A DNA stretch of 35,428 nt from assembly GCA_964610335.1 (NCBI GenBank), contig CAZSVP010000002.1:212887-248314 (forward strand), read 5' to 3'. Numbering within the stretch: the first letter of the stretch is position 1; each line of letters opens with the position of its first letter. This stretch comes from an uncultured Candidatus Saccharibacteria bacterium. Its GTDB lineage: Bacteria > Patescibacteriota > Saccharimonadia > CAILAD01 > BJGX01. Under the pieces are notes generated by a model. The model was not told the DNA's origin. It did no database searches and saw nothing but the letters and a program-made list of their open reading frames with translations. The position numbers were made by a program, and so were the translations under genes. Shown here piece by piece: positions 33,466 to 35,428 of the stretch.

Positions 33466-34410
33466 TCCGGTTACTTCAAACTCCCGACCTTTAATCTTTG
33501 AAGTGGCCTTACCGTCCTTGTGAACATTGATAGACACACCAGCAGTCTTATCGACACCTAAATATGTATCCATGGGTTTGTCTAGAACAAATTTCTTCAA
33601 GTAGGGGCTAATGTTGTCATAGTGTCCAATAGCCCAAACAATTACTCTTCGACCAGGATTCATGTTGTGATGTTGCTGAGCAAATTGCTCAACCTTAGAA
33701 ACAAATGCGTTTACTCTCTGGGCAATTTCCTCTGGGCCCTCAGCACCTAGTTCAATACGCTTATCTCGATCTTCGCCTTGATCATTCTCATATGCTACCC
33801 ACAGTTGTTCCTCACTTACTGGCGAAAGACCTGTGCCGGAGTTTAAAGAAAGATCCGTCACTTCTTCTTGAGGCATATACTTTTCCTTTAGATACTGTAA
33901 ATAACCTTCATCACTAGTAAGAATCTGCAAATCAACCAACTCTGAAACTTCAAAGGGTCCGCCGCCAACTGAAGAGATGTTGTTAATGAGTTGATTATAT
34001 GGTACACCATGACTCTCCATTTCGGATCTTATAGCTGTAAGTGTTTCGTCGCCAGACAAAACCGCTCTTTGTAGACTACTTTCTAGTCCGCTTGGAGTAG
34101 TTAGACGAACATTTGAAGCAAACACCAAGATATCTACCTGGCCTAGTTCCTCTGGGCTCATACCATCAAAAGCTTCTCGAAAGAAAGACGATGCCGTTTC
34201 TCGAGCTAGTTGAGCAGCCTCAGGTTTGAGCGTACCAAATTCTGCAGATTCTGGGTCTCGAATATCTCGAGAATTAACTTGCAAAACTATGAGCGTACCA
34301 TCCGCTTCAGGTAATTTCTCAGCCGCCAGTAAGTCCTCTACTTTGATCTTGCCAATCTCTCCACCATTTGGCTTGTTTGGTTCTGGTAAGTTTAATCCTT
34401 CGGTTGTCAT
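33457..34410 (-). CDS. Hypothetical protein, paralog family A (317 aa)
   Basis: SD AGGAGG 3 nt upstream of the ATG. Its C-terminal ~100 aa align with the partial ORF at 35040-35428 (GAEGP..IA.R....IW..HYD..SPY.K......G..I.V.KDG.A...I.G.E). Confidence 0.65.
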   Translation of the reverse strand: MTTEGLNLPEPNKPNGGEIGKIKVEDLLAAEKLPEADGTLIVLQVNSRDIRDPESAEFGTLKPEAAQLARETASSFFREAFDGMSPEELGQVDILVFASNVRLTTPSGLESSLQRAVLSGDETLTAIRSEMESHGVPYNQLINNISSVGGGPFEVSELVDLQILTSDEGYLQYLKEKYMPQEEVTDLSLNSGTGLSPVSEEQLWVAYENDQGEDRDKRIELGAEGPEEIAQRVNAFVSKVEQFAQQHHNMNPGRRVIVWAIGHYDNISPYLKKFVLDKPMDTYLGVDKTAGVSINVHKDGKATSKIKGREFEVTGLS

Positions 34411-34441
34411 ACCCCTCCTAGTCCGTTAATTGCTGTAATTA

Positions 34442-34469
34442 TTGTCATTTTAGCATAGTGCTTTATACT
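34442..34469 (+). promoter_or_regulatory. Promoter TTGTCA-16-TATACT, 6 nt upstream of the ATG (leaderless-type)
   Basis: Read directly. The ATG at 34476 begins 7 nt after the -10 box. Confidence 0.55.
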
Positions 34470-34475
34470 ACTACT

Positions 34476-35036
34476 ATGAAAGACAATATTCCCACTGAGC
34501 CAGTAATTAAGTACTTCGGCTTTGGTACCAACAAAGACCGTGACATGATGGAACATATGGTCGGCCGCAAAGGTCTGCTAGGCGAGCCTGCCAAGTTACC
34601 TGGTTACCAAGTCTGTACTAGCCTGGCCAAAGACTTTCGTAAAGAAATACCTCCCGATAGTCCGTCCCCTGATAGGTCGGCTTACGATATTTTGGCTAAT
34701 GGCTGGGGTCCAGACTTTGAGATGTACTGCTCAGTTCCAGATAAAGATGCAGTTGCATACGGCACCCTTTGGTATTTGACACCACTAGAGCTAGCTCTTT
34801 GCCGTGAATGGGAGTTGGTTGATTATGGTTGCCAAGAAGATGCCTATGGAGTTGCAATTACAGAATCTGGTGACAAAATACCTATAATTACACAAAGTTT
34901 TATGAGGCCACCCTTCAAAATACACAAGAAAGTTGATGGGTCAGACTACCCCGCCTACGTGGCCGACAAAGCTGCCATGCTAAAGACTGCCGATGAGTCC
35001 AGGGAGAGCTACATCAAATTACACAAGCAAGCTTAG
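34476..35036 (+). CDS. Gamma-glutamylcyclotransferase (GGCT/AIG2-like) family protein
   Basis: The N-terminal YFGFGTNKDRDMM matches the YGS(N/L) motif region of the GGCT/AIG2 fold, with a conserved acidic region (REWELVDYG). The start is placed at ATG 34476 (MKDNIP...) rather than the track GTG at 34458, which lies inside the promoter spacer. Confidence 0.65.
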   Translation: MKDNIPTEPVIKYFGFGTNKDRDMMEHMVGRKGLLGEPAKLPGYQVCTSLAKDFRKEIPPDSPSPDRSAYDILANGWGPDFEMYCSVPDKDAVAYGTLWYLTPLELALCREWELVDYGCQEDAYGVAITESGDKIPIITQSFMRPPFKIHKKVDGSDYPAYVADKAAMLKTADESRESYIKLHKQA

Positions 35037-35039
35037 CAG

Positions 35040-35428
35040 CTAATTTGATTCTTTCCGGCCTTTAACTGGCACCGGATATTCTTTGCCGTCAATTATTGTA
35101 TTGGCCGAACCGTCTTTGGCAACTTTGATGTTAATGCCACCCCCATACTCAACTCGCAATGGGTCGTCCGGACTCATATTGAATAAGTTGAATTTTACGT
35201 AGGGGCTGAGTGTATCGTAATGAGTACCGGCCCAGATTATCAGTCTGTCATCTTCGTTTCCAACCTTAGAATGGTAAAGCTTGGCATAGCGAGCTAAAAC
35301 ATCGATTGAATGCTGAAAACGATCTGCTATTTGGATTGGACCTTCTGCACCCATAGCTTCACGTGTCTCCTTGCTATGTTCACCTTCAAAATCAATCCAA
35401 AAATCCAGATTTATACCGCCATGTTTTT
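35040..35428 (-). CDS. Hypothetical protein, paralog family A (5'-truncated by the window edge)
   Basis: The reading frame stays open upstream of the track Met to the window end (KNMAVINLDFWIDFEGEHSKETREA-MGAEGP...). It is homologous to the C-terminal part of 33457-34410. Confidence 0.6.
   Translation of the reverse strand, partial: KHGGINLDFWIDFEGEHSKETREAMGAEGPIQIADRFQHSIDVLARYAKLYHSKVGNEDDRLIIWAGTHYDTLSPYVKFNLFNMSPDDPLRVEYGGGINIKVAKDGSANTIIDGKEYPVPVKGRKESN

Noticed and set aside
33457-34410. Histidine-phosphatase (phosphoglycerate-mutase-like) assignment for the paralog family.
   Set aside because: SSLQRAVLSGDET and IWAIGHYD loosely recall the SPLxRAxQTA and SHG motifs. The N-terminal RHG catalytic motif is absent (LQVNSRD instead), so the evidence is too weak for a call.

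Overview
35.4-kb window from a compact bacterial genome of low-to-moderate GC. Positions 1-30082 are an uninterrupted minus-strand housekeeping block. In order it holds: a sterol-desaturase-family protein, trmD, a KH-domain protein, rpsP, a short SMC, an exported protein, rnc, a NUDIX hydrolase, nusB, rpmF (missed by the ORF track) and leuS. Then come a Mur-ligase/alpha-beta-hydrolase/DegT/FemAB cell-wall operon, a P-type ATPase, two low-complexity proteins, a VanY-type peptidase, tRNA-Ala(GGC), a small membrane protein, an RsmC-like methyltransferase, obg, a LysM-CHAP hydrolase, mltG, ruvX, a membrane protein and ftsA. Tight or overlapping genes, reduced operons and many -10 boxes only 6-8 nt from the ATG suggest a reduced-genome Gram-positive-type lineage, possibly Patescibacteria/Saccharibacteria (inference only). 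The stand-out feature is a set of strongly GC-rich, plus-strand, single-gene cassettes wedged around ftsA at 28.3-28.8 kb and 30.6-32.85 kb. Each has a Shine-Dalgarno site and its own terminator, and three of the four have a recognisable promoter. They encode an unknown 115-aa protein, a CDP-alcohol phosphatidyltransferase and two zinc-ribbon proteins, one of them membrane-anchored. A GC-rich mini-island with a 40-aa ORF sits upstream of leuS. A low-GC accessory cluster follows the cassettes: a P-loop protein, a GGCT/AIG2-like protein and two paralogous unknown proteins. Other notable items are a Nudix-like domain inserted in the LeuRS editing domain, an apparently hinge-less 820-aa SMC, and a structured ydaO-like leader upstream of the LysM-CHAP hydrolase. 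There is also a promoter/terminator-bracketed ~130-nt transcript upstream of leuS and a 570-bp hairpin-rich non-coding gap upstream of ftsA. I saw no CRISPR array, transposase, integrase, rRNA or reverse transcriptase.
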